A stretch of DNA of 64,000 nt. Source: a virus. The stretch spans positions 1 to 64,000 of the IMG/VR virus record IMGVR_UViG_3300009790_000004, one strand, 5' to 3'. The notes beneath the pieces are model-generated. The model was not told where the DNA came from and did not search any database. It saw only the letters and a list, made by a program, of their open reading frames with translations. Made by a program: the position numbers and the translations under genes. Positions 1 through 10,533 of the stretch are shown here, piece after piece. The number at the start of each line of letters is the position of its first letter. Positions within the stretch are counted from its first letter, which is position 1.

Positions 1-555
1 ATATCAGGGACATTCAACTTTATGTTTGTCTTCCAAGCAGAGCACAACATTCTTATGCACCCCTTCCATATGGCAGGTGTAGCAGGTATGTTTGGTGGAG
101 CACTCTTTAGTGCTATGCATGGTTCACTCGTTACATCTTCTCTGATCAGGGAGACAACTGAGACAGAATCACAAAACTATGGTTATAAATTCGGACAAGA
201 AGAAGAGACTTACAACATCGTTGCTGCTCATGGATACTTCGGTAGATTAATCTTCCAGTATGCATCATTCAACAACTCTCGTTCACTCCACTTCTTCCTA
301 GCAACATTCCCTGTTGTTTGCATATGGTTAACCTCTATGGGTATCTGTACAATGGCATTCAACTTGAATGGATTCAACTTCAACCAGTCTATCGTAGATA
401 GTGGTGGTAAGATTGTTCCTACTTGGGCAGATGTTCTAAATAGAGCTAACCTTGGTATGGAAGTAATGCATGAGCGTAATGCTCACAACTTCCCACTAGA
501 CTTGGCTGCTGCTGAGACTACTGAGGTTGCACTCATTGCTCCTGCTGTAGGATGA
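1..555 (+). CDS. psbA: Photosystem II D1 protein, 5' part outside window
   Basis: Frame open from base 1 ([24 protein letters not shown]...). Contains [45 protein letters not shown] and [13 protein letters not shown]. Confidence 0.99.
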   Translation: MSGTFNFMFVFQAEHNILMHPFHMAGVAGMFGGALFSAMHGSLVTSSLIRETTETESQNYGYKFGQEEETYNIVAAHGYFGRLIFQYASFNNSRSLHFFLATFPVVCIWLTSMGICTMAFNLNGFNFNQSIVDSGGKIVPTWADVLNRANLGMEVMHERNAHNFPLDLAAAETTEVALIAPAVG

Positions 556-647
556 AGTTAAAAAGACCATTGAAACACTGCAAATTATCCCAGATGCAAT
601 TCTTTTACTGGGATGAGTTGCCTGAACAAGATGAGTCTGATATAATA

Positions 648-673
648 GGGGGATCTTCGGATCCCCTTTTTTT
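648..673 (+). terminator. Rho-independent terminator downstream of psbA
   Basis: GGGGATC-TTCG-GATCCCC stem with a C(UUCG)G tetraloop, followed by a T7 run. Confidence 0.85.
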
Positions 674-796
674 ATGGCTACAAAAAAATACACAATCGAA
701 AAGAAGAATCCTCAACACAACCAAGAGTGGAGTTGGGAAGAAACTCCTGAATTAAGAAGAGCACTAGATAAATTACATAAGAGAGTAACTCTATGA
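674..796 (+). CDS. Small hypothetical protein (40 aa)
   Basis: Hand-translated MATKKYTIEKKNPQHNQEWSWEETPELRRALDKLHKRVTL*. Starts right after the terminator and ends in an ATGA overlap with a following short ORF. Confidence 0.5.
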   Translation: MATKKYTIEKKNPQHNQEWSWEETPELRRALDKLHKRVTL

Positions 797-878
797 TTTT
801 ATACGCATTAGTGGCACTAGCTCTTGCTAGTACAGGAACAGCAGCAGTCTGTTTATATTATGATCCTAATTTTAATCC

Positions 879-1079
879 ATGAAATCTATTTGGAGGACTT
901 GGAAGTATGCCTTGGGAAGTTTCTCGGATAATACAACTTCAAAGTATGATAATGCGGTATGCATTATTAGGAGTATTATTCTTCTTACTTATCTTGTCAC
1001 TAACTGTTTCATTACTGCTGGTGTTATAAGACACTGGAATCCTATTGATACACAGAAGATATTGATCAATGAACTATAA
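879..1079 (+). CDS. Hypothetical membrane protein
   Basis: 66-aa ORF with a hydrophobic segment, overlapping the purM start. Confidence 0.6.
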   Translation: MKSIWRTWKYALGSFSDNTTSKYDNAVCIIRSIILLTYLVTNCFITAGVIRHWNPIDTQKILINEL

Positions 1080-1965
1080 AGATTCTGGTGTTGACATAGA
1101 AGCAGCTAATGCTTTTGCAAAGTCTATCCCCATTGCTAATCATGGCTTTGGTGGTATGTTCCCAGTACCATCTGGGTATGATGAACCTGTCTTAGTCTCT
1201 GGTGCTGATGGTGTAGGGACTAAGATAAACATAGCAAGGATTGCTGGTGACTATACTACTATTGGTATAGATCTAGTAGCAATGTGTGTTAATGATGTGA
1301 TCTGTAGCGGTGCTAAACCATTATACTTCTTAGATTATATTTCTACTCAGAAGATAGATGATAATGTTGCTGACATTATGGTTGGTGTTCTTAAGGGATG
1401 TGAGATAGCAGGTTGTGAACTCTTAGGTGGAGAGACTGCTGAACATTTCAGACAGAGAGAGTATGACCTTGCAGGATTTTGTACTGGTATTGTAGAGAAG
1501 GATTGTATAGTTGACGGTAAGAATATTAAACCAGGTGACAAAGTAATTGGTTTAGCAAGTAGTGGTCTTCATAGTAATGGATATACATTGATCAATGATA
1601 TGTTATGGAGACATAAGATATACTGGAAAGATACTCCTGAGTTGCTTACTCCCACCACAATATATGCTCCTATTATCCAAGAGTTGTTGGAAGAATATCC
1701 TATCCTTGGCATGGCACATATTACTGGTGGTGGTATACTTGAGAACCTATCAAGATGTTTACCAGAAGGATTAAAAGTACGGGTAGATTTTAATTCATGG
1801 CCACTGCCAGAGGTCTTTAGTAAGATAATGTGTGCTGGTGAAATAGTAGAAGAGGAAATGAAAAAAGTATTTAATCTTGGTATCGGGTTTTGTTTGGTAG
1901 TTCCACCTGACATTGATATACATACTACAATTCCTTCATGGACTATTGGAGAAGTTTATGAGTAA
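1069..1965 (+). CDS. purM: Phosphoribosylaminoimidazole (AIR) synthetase
   Basis: YKDSGVDI, ADGVGTK, DLVAMCVND, GGETAE, SSGLHSNGY and AHITGGG motifs. Confidence 0.97.
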   Translation: MNYKDSGVDIEAANAFAKSIPIANHGFGGMFPVPSGYDEPVLVSGADGVGTKINIARIAGDYTTIGIDLVAMCVNDVICSGAKPLYFLDYISTQKIDDNVADIMVGVLKGCEIAGCELLGGETAEHFRQREYDLAGFCTGIVEKDCIVDGKNIKPGDKVIGLASSGLHSNGYTLINDMLWRHKIYWKDTPELLTPTTIYAPIIQELLEEYPILGMAHITGGGILENLSRCLPEGLKVRVDFNSWPLPEVFSKIMCAGEIVEEEMKKVFNLGIGFCLVVPPDIDIHTTIPSWTIGEVYE

Positions 1966-2251
1966 GATAGACACTCAAGGGATGGGAGGACCAGTTGATC
2001 CTAACTATATCCCTGATGGTAAACCACAGGAACATAAACCTGCTATTATCACACCGAGGAGGTTATTTACTCCTGAGATGGTTAAGGAATTAAAGATATT
2101 AATTAATGAAGTACTTGATGAGAGAGAATATAAAAAACAAATGGCAGGAGCATATGATAATGTTAAATCACTACCTGTATCTTACTTCGACACCGAACAT
2201 TTTAAACACTATGTCGGTGAAGATGAACCACTTTATGAGGCATGGCAATGA
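1958..2251 (+). CDS. Hypothetical protein
   Basis: In-frame ATG at 1958 overlaps the purM end; lies between purM and purN. Confidence 0.65.
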   Translation: MSKIDTQGMGGPVDPNYIPDGKPQEHKPAIITPRRLFTPEMVKELKILINEVLDEREYKKQMAGAYDNVKSLPVSYFDTEHFKHYVGEDEPLYEAWQ

Positions 2252-2763
2252 GACTAGGAATAATGTGCTCTGGAGAGGGTACTAATTTCGAGAACATAGT
2301 TCACTCATGTCCTAAGCATGATGTTGTACTTATGGTATACAACAAAAAGAAATGTAAGGCAAGAAAGAGAGCAGATAGATTGGACATTCCTTCATGCTAT
2401 AGTAAGGATGAGGATGAGATCATTGCATTGTTCCATGCGTACAATGTGGATATGATTGTCATGGCAGGATGGATGAAGATAGTTACTAAGAAATTTACTG
2501 ATGAATTTGCTGGTAGGATTATCAATCTTCATCCATCTTTGCTACCTAAGTACAAGGGACTCCATGCTATAGAGCAAGCAATCAAAGCAGGTGAAGAGAC
2601 TACAGGATGCACTGTTCATTTTGTTAATGAGCACTTAGATTCAGGTGCTATAATAAAACAACAGACAGTACCTATTTTACCTGGTGATAATGTTGAGTCA
2701 GTTACTAGAGCAGTACAACAATGTGAACATCAACTCTTACCAATAGTACTTAACGCATTCTAA
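2242..2763 (+). CDS. purN: Phosphoribosylglycinamide formyltransferase
   Basis: SGEGTNF, INLHPSLLPKYKG and GCTVHFV..LDSG motifs. Confidence 0.97.
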   Translation: MAMRLGIMCSGEGTNFENIVHSCPKHDVVLMVYNKKKCKARKRADRLDIPSCYSKDEDEIIALFHAYNVDMIVMAGWMKIVTKKFTDEFAGRIINLHPSLLPKYKGLHAIEQAIKAGEETTGCTVHFVNEHLDSGAIIKQQTVPILPGDNVESVTRAVQQCEHQLLPIVLNAF

Positions 2764-3452
2764 TGGAAATTATAAGCACAGGAAAAGTAAAGACAGTGTT
2801 CTCTACTGATAATGATGATGAAATTCTCATAAGATATGAGGATAGAGTTACTGCTGGTAATGGTAAGAAAGTATCTTGTCCTGATGAGAAGGGTTCTGTT
2901 TGCTGTCAGATATCTGAATGGTTCTTTAAATATTTTCAAGATAAAGTTCAGACTCATTATATTAGTTGTCCATCTCCTAATGAGATGGTCTGTAAGAAAT
3001 TAAATATTATTCCTGTAGAGGTTATCTGTAGGAATATAGCAGCAGGATCTATAGTAAGAGATACTCCTATCAATAAAGGAATGGTGTTTGATCCACCACT
3101 TGTTGAGTTTAATCTTAAGGATGATGACTTAGATGATCCATTGCTTACTGATGATAGAGTTAGATTGATGGGTTTTGATCCTCATACATTCAGGAGGAGA
3201 GCAACAGAAATGAACTGGCATTTTAAACAGATCTTTGGTAGAATGGGTATCGACATCGTAGATTTTAAGTTAGAATATGGACACGATAGTAATGGCCATC
3301 TATACTTGGCTGATGAGATATCACCTGACAACATGCGACTCTGGAAAAAAGGGACAACAGAAAGTCTTGATAAGGACTTGTTCAGAAACGACAAAGGTGA
3401 TATAGTAGAGGCATACAAATATATACTACAGCAACTACTAGAGGTTTCTTGA
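2763..3452 (+). CDS. purC: SAICAR synthetase
   Basis: GKVK, IPVEVICRNIAAGS, DFKLEYG, LADEISPDNMRLW and LDKDLFR motifs. Confidence 0.97.
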   Translation: MEIISTGKVKTVFSTDNDDEILIRYEDRVTAGNGKKVSCPDEKGSVCCQISEWFFKYFQDKVQTHYISCPSPNEMVCKKLNIIPVEVICRNIAAGSIVRDTPINKGMVFDPPLVEFNLKDDDLDDPLLTDDRVRLMGFDPHTFRRRATEMNWHFKQIFGRMGIDIVDFKLEYGHDSNGHLYLADEISPDNMRLWKKGTTESLDKDLFRNDKGDIVEAYKYILQQLLEVS

Positions 3453-3453
3453 C

Positions 3454-3642
3454 ATGCATGGTAATTTAGAACCAGAAGAAAATGTATTCAAGCAGCATGT
3501 CAATGATCTATGGGAAGACATGGATCGTCTCAATGCTTTGTATGAAGAAATGATGTGGCCCAATGATGATGTGTTGGAATTTATTCCTGACCATACCAAC
3601 GATAGAATTATCATACAGAATAGATCTAGAAAGGGTTTATGA
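3454..3642 (+). CDS. Hypothetical protein
   Basis: 62-aa ORF tightly packed between its neighbours. Confidence 0.65.
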   Translation: MHGNLEPEENVFKQHVNDLWEDMDRLNALYEEMMWPNDDVLEFIPDHTNDRIIIQNRSRKGL

Positions 3643-4208
3643 TAGAGACTCATAATATATTCCCTACTATTGTTGCTAGGTCTGATGATCCACAATTTAA
3701 TATCCAAGATGATTTAGTCAACTGGATGGTAAATTATGCTAAGACTTATCCAACAAATAGTAGGAGTAATATAGATGGGTATCAGAGTCCTGATAATTTC
3801 TGGGAGATGGATGCCTTTGCACCATTCCTAAACTACATGAGTCCTAGAATCTTAGAATTGGTAGAGGAGTTTCGCAACCATGATGAAGCATCCTTTGAAT
3901 TTGAACCAAGGTTATCTAACATGTGGTTCAATATAAACTATAAACATTGTTATAATGTAAGTCACACTCATCCTGGTTGTGTATTTGCTGGAGTATTATG
4001 GGTCAAATGTCCAGAGAACTCAGGAGAATTAATCTTTCGTCATCCTGAAGAGCATAATATTGCTCCTATACAACACTCTAATTATAATATAGAACCTGAA
4101 GATGGTGGAATGTATTTGTTCCCTGGTTCTTTATATCATTATGTTAGTATGAATTATTCTGATGAACCTAGGTTTTCAATTGCTTTCAATCTATACGAAC
4201 CGACATGA
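3639..4208 (+). CDS. Putative 2OG-Fe(II) oxygenase (TIGR02466-like)
   Basis: WFNIN..HTHP...GVLW, FPGSLYHYV and RFSIAFN: HxH...H...RxS pattern. Confidence 0.85.
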   Translation: MIETHNIFPTIVARSDDPQFNIQDDLVNWMVNYAKTYPTNSRSNIDGYQSPDNFWEMDAFAPFLNYMSPRILELVEEFRNHDEASFEFEPRLSNMWFNINYKHCYNVSHTHPGCVFAGVLWVKCPENSGELIFRHPEEHNIAPIQHSNYNIEPEDGGMYLFPGSLYHYVSMNYSDEPRFSIAFNLYEPT

Positions 4209-4690
4209 AAATTACCGACGACACTCTTGATAAAGAATATTTTTCTATGCTACAAGGAGTTGTGATGGGTCACAACTTTCCGTGGGAGTATCAAGCAAGA
4301 GTAGCAAACCCTTGGGAGAATAACAACGAGCATTTTTATTTTGTTCATAGACTCTATGAAAGATTTTCACCAATCAGTTCCTTCATGGAACCGTTGGATG
4401 ATTATCTAGTCAAAGTTTTAAATGTTAAGTCTGTAATCAGAGCAAGAGTTTTATTGTATCCTAATCAAGGAAAGTTTATTGAGCATGATCCTCATGTAGA
4501 TTTTGATTATAGTCATAATGCAGCACTATTATATTTTAATGACAACGATGGATATACTAAGATGGAAGATGGAACTAAGGTTGAAAGTGTTGCTAATAGA
4601 AATGTAATTTTTGATGGATCTACATCTCATAATAGTACTAATTGTACCACGGAAAAAGCACGGTTTGTTTTGGCGGTGAACTACTTCTGA
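4205..4690 (+). CDS. Putative 2OG-Fe(II) oxygenase
   Basis: HVD...LYFNDNDGYT...NRNVIFDG..SH...RFVLAVNY. Confidence 0.8.
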   Translation: MKITDDTLDKEYFSMLQGVVMGHNFPWEYQARVANPWENNNEHFYFVHRLYERFSPISSFMEPLDDYLVKVLNVKSVIRARVLLYPNQGKFIEHDPHVDFDYSHNAALLYFNDNDGYTKMEDGTKVESVANRNVIFDGSTSHNSTNCTTEKARFVLAVNYF

Positions 4691-4696
4691 TAAATA
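4690..4696 (+). promoter_or_regulatory. T4-type late promoter
   Basis: ATAAATA upstream of the structural gene at 4725. Confidence 0.65.
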
Positions 4697-4724
4697 ACTA
4701 GAAGCAATACATAAAAATCTTGTA

Positions 4725-5195
4725 ATGCCTACTCGCATTAAACCAAAACGAAGTATAACGCAAGGTCAGATACCTGGTCTTGCTGATCTCGAAGATGGAG
4801 AAATGGCTATTAATATTGTAGACCAAAAGATCTACATTAGAAGTGGCAATTCAGTTGAAACGGTAGCACAGGCAGCTACTGGTGCTACTCCTGTCTTCAC
4901 ACAACTAGTGGGTCCGACGACTACCCAGTTGGTTGTTAATAAAAGATACTTAGCTTTAACTGATGGTGGTGTGATTAATGCCACTATGCCAACCGTTAAC
5001 TTGTCAGCTGGTGACAGCATTGAGATAGCAGACGGTGGCCAAAGTTGGAATATAAATAATGTTACACTGACTTCGGCAAGCCATCAATTTAAAGATGCGA
5101 TTGGAAACATTGATGATGGTCCTGTAAACTTAGATGTTTCGGGCGTTACTGTTATGTTCTTGTGGACTGGTAGTATTTGGAGAATAGTTAGCTAA
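4725..5195 (+). CDS. Virion structural/tail-fibre-associated protein
   Basis: N-terminal IKPKRS...LEDGEMAINIVDQKIY fibre motif. C-terminal domain resembles the end of the 5560 protein. Confidence 0.75.
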   Translation: MPTRIKPKRSITQGQIPGLADLEDGEMAINIVDQKIYIRSGNSVETVAQAATGATPVFTQLVGPTTTQLVVNKRYLALTDGGVINATMPTVNLSAGDSIEIADGGQSWNINNVTLTSASHQFKDAIGNIDDGPVNLDVSGVTVMFLWTGSIWRIVS

Positions 5196-5546
5196 ATGGC
5201 ACTAACCTTAAGCAACGCACACTTTCAACCTCAAGATTCTACAGGGCATTTTGTTTATGCTTTGCGTAGAGATGCCGATGATATGCTTTGGTTTACCAAA
5301 GTGAGCACCGCTTCAACTACTGAGACTTTTGAACCTTTCCGATTGGATGGAACACAAGTTGAAGAGTTTGGAGATTATGAGGATTATGTTGAGGAAGTTA
5401 CTGAACAAAAGGCGACTGCCAATAATCCGCAAGATAAATATCAACAGATACGATTTGATCGTCGTAATTTAAATTATTTCCTAGATTCTGATGGATACTT
5501 AGTCCTTCAAGTCAATGGAACCCATTCATACCCTGGACCTGTTTAA
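5196..5546 (+). CDS. Virion structural protein (hypothetical)
   Basis: Within a late structural operon; YQQIRFDRRNLNYFLDSDGYLV. Confidence 0.7.
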   Translation: MALTLSNAHFQPQDSTGHFVYALRRDADDMLWFTKVSTASTTETFEPFRLDGTQVEEFGDYEDYVEEVTEQKATANNPQDKYQQIRFDRRNLNYFLDSDGYLVLQVNGTHSYPGPV

Positions 5547-5559
5547 CGAGTAACTAACA

Positions 5560-8500
5560 ATGGCAGAATTTAGACTTGGCAGACTGAAGTTCAACTGGCG
5601 TGGAGCTTGGGCAGCGTCTACAGCATATGTAATAGATGACATCGTAAAGTACGGTGCTAGTTCATATGTGTGTACGACTAACCATACCTCCGATGCTAGT
5701 GCTACAGGCTTCCCTAACGACTCAGCAAAATGGAGTCTGCACCTTACAGGTCAGAACTTTGCTGGAGATCTAACGGTTAGTACTGGATATGTTGTCCAGG
5801 ATATCGTTAAAGAAGGTGGTAACCTATACATTTGTACAGCACAGAATACTTCAACGGGTATTCAAAGTAACTGGTACAGTAATGACTTCCCACAGTATTG
5901 GGATCTATACTCCGAGGGTGTAAACTTTAGGGGTGCTTTTGCTACTGATACTTACTATGGTATCAATGATGTAGTTGAATATGGTCCTCAACTATACCGT
6001 GTTACATCCCCATTCCAATCACCATCCGACCAGACTGCCACTGGTGTATCAACATCTCCACATGATATTGCAGGTGTTGGATCAGACGGATTCTACCCTC
6101 CTGCATCAAACTTTGCTTCATTCTCTAATGGAGTAACTGCTTTAGGAGAGTATGATTCTACTACAAGATATCAAAGAGGAGACCTCGTAGAATTTGGAGG
6201 TTCTGCTTATGTTGCTATAGGAACTAACCCTAAGGGTGATCAGCCAAACCAAAACCCAACTTTATGGTCTAACTTAGTTCAGGGTATTGGTACTGGATCA
6301 GGTGCTACTTATGATAAGACGGCACAGTATGCTAAGGGTCAGATTGTAACCTATGGTGGTAATACATATATTTCCGACCAATTATTAATTGATAACGATA
6401 AGCCTCCTATTGGTGCTGCTGTTACTAGTAGTGATGTTGGTGTTAATGGATGGTCTCTACTTGTTAGAGGACAGAATTGGAGAGGTACTTGGAGTAACTC
6501 TAATTACTACGAACTAGGTGACCTAGTTGAGTACTCAAGTTCTGCATATGTTTCTGTTGGTTCTTCTAACTTAAATGTACAGCCTGGTACTGCTGTTACC
6601 ATGTGGCAAGCATTTGCTATAGGTGATAGTGCAGCACTCTTAACAACCAAGGGTGACATTCTAACCAGAGATGGTACTGGTCCAACAAGACAGGGTATTG
6701 GTACTCAAGGTACTTACTTAAGGGTCTCCAGTACTGATGAGGTTGAATGGCAGTTTGCTGGACAAAGAACAAAAATATATTTCATTGACGCACAGCAAGG
6801 AGCTAATGCTAACAGTGGTTTAACTCCTGACGATGCATGGCAGAACATTTCTTATGCATCTACAGCAGCACAGAAAGTATCCAACATTACTAATGTTGTT
6901 TACGATAATACTTCTGGTATTGCAACGATTACTGCTGCTAACCACGGTCTCTTTGCAAGAGGGGACATTAGACTTGCTGGTATATCATTCACTTGTGCTC
7001 CTCAATATGCTGGTGTATCTACTCACATATTCCCAGATGGAACACAGGGATTCTACTTTAAAGTTGACAGTGTAACTGACTCTAATACTTTCGTAACCAA
7101 TGTTAGTATCTCAACTATCGCACACACTTATGTAAGTGGTGGTACTGTTACTGACTCTTCACCTGTTATTATTAAACTATCTGCTGGTGTATTCTCTGAA
7201 GAGCTACCAATTACTCTACCTAAGAACTTCTCCATTGCTGGTGATGTTCTAAGAGGTTCAACAGTTCAACCTGCTCCAGGTATATCAACTGAGGGTGTTG
7301 TTCCTAACGCTCGTCAGACCATGTTCTATGTGTCTGACTCTACTACAATTCAGGCGATCACAATGCGTGGTTTGCAGGGATTTGATTATGATGCTAACGA
7401 TCCTTACGAGACAGATAAGTGGCAGGTTAAGACTGGTGTTGGTTCTACTGCTTGTGGTGTATACTTCAGATTAAACCCATCCGATCCTATCCTATTCCGT
7501 TCACCATATATCAAGGACTGTACTGCATTCTCTGATGTTTGTCTTGATGGTACAGGACATGGTGGTGCAATTGGTGTCTTTATTGAGGGTGGTGTCCACA
7601 ACTTAGCTCCTGAAGGGGCAGGTGGTAAATCGATGGTGTTCGATGCCTTCACGAATATTCATTCGGGAGGTGTAGGATTCTTCCTAGAAGATGATGCTCT
7701 CGCTGAGATTGTATCTTCCTTCACATACTATTGTGCATTCGGATATGTATCTGATGATGGATCAGAGATTAGATCTCTATCAGGTAACAACTCTTACGGT
7801 ACTTACGGTGCTCTTGCTGTTGGATTCTCTACTCTAGAGACTCCTAGGTATGGTCGCATGTATGGTGATAAGATGACAACTGTTGTTGGTACTTACGCTG
7901 GAACTCTTGCTGTTGGTGCAACAATTCGTGGTACTGTTTCTGGTTGCCGTGCTGAACTAACTAATGATCAGTCTGCTTCGGACGCAATCTACTTCAGGTA
8001 TTTCGCTGGATTTGGTAACACATTTACCGATGCAGCTGACTATAACCCTGCCGTTGGTATTGGTACTAGCGTCTTCACTCCTGGTGAGTACTGTGAGGTT
8101 GACTCTGTTGGTGCTGGTGCTACTGGATACTTTAGACTTGGTACTGGTGCTAATGCAGCAAATGGTCAGGCAGATATCCTCTTTGAGGTTGCTGGACTCT
8201 CGACGACACCGATTGTTGGTGACGCATTAGGATTCACTACTGTTGGTATGGGATTCTCGGATACTAATACTTACATCTTGAGAGCTATAACAAATTATGC
8301 TGAAGGTACTAACTATACTCCAACTGCGGGTTCTTATAACCCATCAACAGGTATAGTACAGTTGACAGCTAATGCTCACGGCATGATGGTCGGAGATGAG
8401 ATTCAACTTACACCTAATTCATTGACATTCACTTGTGCTGAAGATGGTGGTAGTGCTCAGAAGACTTATCCTCGTACTACTGACCCACTCTATAAGACTT

Positions 8501-9546
8501 TAGTTGCTATCTCTGCAACCACTGTTAATACATTCTCCTTCCAGTGTCTCGCTAATATTCCTTCTACTAACACAACTGCTCATACATTCGTAAGTGCAGG
8601 AACCAATGCGGTTCAAAGAGCGAATGGTCGTGCAACAATTAATGTCGCACCTGGAAAAGGATCTGCTCCTAAGTCATTCGATAATCAAGAGTTCGCAATG
8701 AGAAGTAAGTTCTCCAAGTTGAGACTTACTGGTCATGACTTCCTATTGATTGGTACAGGTAACACTGCACAAACAAACTATCCAAACACTGATGAGAACA
8801 CTGCATCACAGGGTAATGAAACTACTGTAGTTAACTCTGGTAAGATCTTCTTCGTGTCTACTGACCAAGGAGGTAACTTCAGAGTTGGAGAATACTTCTC
8901 AGTTAACCAGTTAACTGGTGCTGCTACATTGGATGCTTCTGCTTTCAACTTGTCTGGTTTGACAGAATTGAGACTGGGTGCTATCGGTGGTCAGATTGGT
9001 GAAGCGATTAACGAATTCTCCTCTGATGAATTGCTATCAGGTGACTCTAACCAAGCATGTCCTACAGAGAAAGCAGTTCGTGGTTTCTTAACCAGAGGTA
9101 AGATGGATAATACATCTGGTATCTTGGTTCCACCTAGAGGTGCTCAAGCTGCTAGACCTACTGGTAACGCATTGCTTGAAGGTGGTCTTCGTTACGACAC
9201 TGACGCAAATGGTTACGAGTACTACAATGGTACTTCTTGGTTACCTGTTGGTGCTTACGGTAATATCGATGCATCTAATAACATCACTGCTAGTAACAAG
9301 CAACAGATCTTCTGTAACACATCAAGTACTGCATTCACAGTTACTTTACCTGCCTCTCCAGTTAAGGGTGATAGCGTTAGAATCTTTGATGTCGCCAAGA
9401 CATTTGACTCTAACAACCTAACGATTGGTAGAAACGGTAACCCAATTATGGGTGACGCATCCGACCTAACAGTTAATACTGAGGGTGCTGCGTTTGAACT
9501 CGTGTTCTACGATGGCACACAAGGATGGAGAATCATTACCATCTAA
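5560..9546 (+). CDS. Large tail-fibre/virion structural protein with repeated W-rich carbohydrate-binding-like modules
   Basis: 1328 aa. Repeats of the type WRGAW..STAY..DDIVKYG.SSYVC, a duplicated beta-barrel module (TAANHG.../TANAHG...), and a C-terminal TVTLPASP..GD..RIFD domain. Confidence 0.85.
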   Translation: MAEFRLGRLKFNWRGAWAASTAYVIDDIVKYGASSYVCTTNHTSDASATGFPNDSAKWSLHLTGQNFAGDLTVSTGYVVQDIVKEGGNLYICTAQNTSTGIQSNWYSNDFPQYWDLYSEGVNFRGAFATDTYYGINDVVEYGPQLYRVTSPFQSPSDQTATGVSTSPHDIAGVGSDGFYPPASNFASFSNGVTALGEYDSTTRYQRGDLVEFGGSAYVAIGTNPKGDQPNQNPTLWSNLVQGIGTGSGATYDKTAQYAKGQIVTYGGNTYISDQLLIDNDKPPIGAAVTSSDVGVNGWSLLVRGQNWRGTWSNSNYYELGDLVEYSSSAYVSVGSSNLNVQPGTAVTMWQAFAIGDSAALLTTKGDILTRDGTGPTRQGIGTQGTYLRVSSTDEVEWQFAGQRTKIYFIDAQQGANANSGLTPDDAWQNISYASTAAQKVSNITNVVYDNTSGIATITAANHGLFARGDIRLAGISFTCAPQYAGVSTHIFPDGTQGFYFKVDSVTDSNTFVTNVSISTIAHTYVSGGTVTDSSPVIIKLSAGVFSEELPITLPKNFSIAGDVLRGSTVQPAPGISTEGVVPNARQTMFYVSDSTTIQAITMRGLQGFDYDANDPYETDKWQVKTGVGSTACGVYFRLNPSDPILFRSPYIKDCTAFSDVCLDGTGHGGAIGVFIEGGVHNLAPEGAGGKSMVFDAFTNIHSGGVGFFLEDDALAEIVSSFTYYCAFGYVSDDGSEIRSLSGNNSYGTYGALAVGFSTLETPRYGRMYGDKMTTVVGTYAGTLAVGATIRGTVSGCRAELTNDQSASDAIYFRYFAGFGNTFTDAADYNPAVGIGTSVFTPGEYCEVDSVGAGATGYFRLGTGANAANGQADILFEVAGLSTTPIVGDALGFTTVGMGFSDTNTYILRAITNYAEGTNYTPTAGSYNPSTGIVQLTANAHGMMVGDEIQLTPNSLTFTCAEDGGSAQKTYPRTTDPLYKTLVAISATTVNTFSFQCLANIPSTNTTAHTFVSAGTNAVQRANGRATINVAPGKGSAPKSFDNQEFAMRSKFSKLRLTGHDFLLIGTGNTAQTNYPNTDENTASQGNETTVVNSGKIFFVSTDQGGNFRVGEYFSVNQLTGAATLDASAFNLSGLTELRLGAIGGQIGEAINEFSSDELLSGDSNQACPTEKAVRGFLTRGKMDNTSGILVPPRGAQAARPTGNALLEGGLRYDTDANGYEYYNGTSWLPVGAYGNIDASNNITASNKQQIFCNTSSTAFTVTLPASPVKGDSVRIFDVAKTFDSNNLTIGRNGNPIMGDASDLTVNTEGAAFELVFYDGTQGWRIITI

Positions 9547-9553
9547 TGATTAC

Positions 9554-9587
9554 AAGGGGGTGAATAACCCCCTTCCTTTAATAAATA
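9554..9587 (+). promoter_or_regulatory. Hairpin (possible terminator) followed by a late promoter
   Basis: AAGGGGGT-GAATA-ACCCCCTT stem, then ATAAATA at 9581-9587. Confidence 0.6.
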
Positions 9588-9617
9588 CAACTAACGAACC
9601 ACCATTCGGGTTAAACA

Positions 9618-10496
9618 ATGGCTAATTATCAAACATATAAAAAACTGCAGGGGGATCAGGCAATTCTAGCTGACTCGCTAGGTCCAGGACAGGTTTCTGG
9701 TCTATCGACTGGTATAATGTGCCGAAGTTTCTACTTCAACTGCTGTAACAACACTCCATGTAACGGAGGTTGCTGTTATCAGTGGACAGTTCCCAGTAAA
9801 GTAACAACTATTCAGTTTGAAATTATATCTGGTGGAGGATCAGGTGGTCCTGCTAGATGCTGTGGTGGTGGACCTGGTACTGGTGGTGGTGGCGGTGGAT
9901 ACGGCAGTAAGACAGTTTATTCAAACTGTGGTCACTTTACTGCTGGTTCTACACAATATACTATCTGTGCTGGTGCAAGTAGTAGGTGTTCATGTTGCGG
10001 ATGCTGTAATGGACGAACTGGTTGTGGATTCTACGGATGTCCTTCTTATGTCCAAGGTGGTGGACTAGGTACATTCTGTATGCAAGGTGGAACATACGGT
10101 GTTAAGCGTTGTACAAACAGTTGCTATACTTGTCTTAAGCAAAGTCAAAGAACTAACTGCTTTAACGGTTGTTCTGCATCATGGCCTGATGCACAAGATA
10201 AGTCATGTGCAATGAACCCTGAGAATGAATTCTATATTTGTGGTGTTTCTGGTGGTGAATTCAAGCATGTTAACTGTCACTCTGGTTCATGGTCAGTTGC
10301 TTCTACTCCTCCTGGTCCTTGGAGTGCTAACAGAAACTTTGGAACCAACCGTTGTGCTTATGGTAATGCTAGAGGATGTTGTTCAGCACAGTCCATCTGG
10401 CCTGGTGGTGGAGGACACTCTGGATCAACTCAAGGTGGACAATGTTGGGGAGACTGGGGTAATGGTGGTCTAGTTGTTGTTACAACTTGGTCTTAA
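9618..10496 (+). CDS. Cys/Gly-rich tail-fibre tip/adhesin-like protein
   Basis: 292 aa with 30 Cys; WTVP..VTTIQFEI.SGGGSGG and GGGGG glycine-rich domain; followed by a chaperone gene. Confidence 0.75.
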   Translation: MANYQTYKKLQGDQAILADSLGPGQVSGLSTGIMCRSFYFNCCNNTPCNGGCCYQWTVPSKVTTIQFEIISGGGSGGPARCCGGGPGTGGGGGGYGSKTVYSNCGHFTAGSTQYTICAGASSRCSCCGCCNGRTGCGFYGCPSYVQGGGLGTFCMQGGTYGVKRCTNSCYTCLKQSQRTNCFNGCSASWPDAQDKSCAMNPENEFYICGVSGGEFKHVNCHSGSWSVASTPPGPWSANRNFGTNRCAYGNARGCCSAQSIWPGGGGHSGSTQGGQCWGDWGNGGLVVVTTWS

Positions 10497-10533
10497 TAAA
10501 TAGCATATGAGGGAGTACACCTGAACAAAACCA

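Noticed and set aside
552-755. 67-aa ORF after psbA
   Set aside because: It runs through the UUCG terminator and overlaps another plausible ORF at 674. The N-terminal part may be real, but the call is not supportable as given.
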